A stretch of 64,000 nt of DNA from Chiloscyllium plagiosum (Eukaryota), in NCBI RefSeq assembly GCF_004010195.1, contig NC_057719.1, positions 65,627,702-65,691,701 of the forward strand. The letters are read 5' to 3'. Shown here piece by piece: positions 63,901 through 64,000 of the stretch. Numbering within the stretch: the stretch's first letter is position 1; the number at the start of each line of letters is the position of its first letter. The notes under the pieces are model-generated. The model was not told the DNA's origin and searched no databases. It was given only the letters and a program-made list of their open reading frames with translations. The position numbers were made by a program, and so were the translations under genes.

Positions 63901-64000
63901 CCTCCTTGCTGTATTATAAAAGCTAGGTTAGATGTCTACTGATGAAGCGGAGATCTTTGTTATTGCAGTTGGATATTGTTGGGGCTTGTGATCTTCTCGT

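Overview
Vertebrate nuclear DNA, almost certainly from an elasmobranch (shark), judged by HE1-type tRNA-derived SINEs, CR1/HER1 LINEs and DeuSINE-like elements. The window is mostly repeats: CR1, Rex1, RTE, Gypsy, Harbinger, a pogo-type MITE and many Penelope-like elements (PLEs) carrying minimal hammerhead ribozyme (HHR) motifs. I found no intact multi-exon protein-coding gene. The standout structure is a 3.5-kb composite insertion (19939-23466) bounded by a 14-bp target-site duplication (TSD). It consists of a ~580-bp PLE hairpin, 2.77 kb of cargo and a second identical 122-bp HHR-bearing PLE repeat. The cargo holds an isolated, intact, spliceable 132-nt exon that closely resembles a TSPEAR exon, which points to PLE/ribozyme-mediated exon transduction. 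The unique DNA between repeats also appears to hold two convergent, decayed multi-exon genes (+ strand ~4.8-31.0 kb; - strand ~60.9-31.8 kb) with retained splice sites and premature stops. I could not identify either. All homology calls are from memory; no searches were run.
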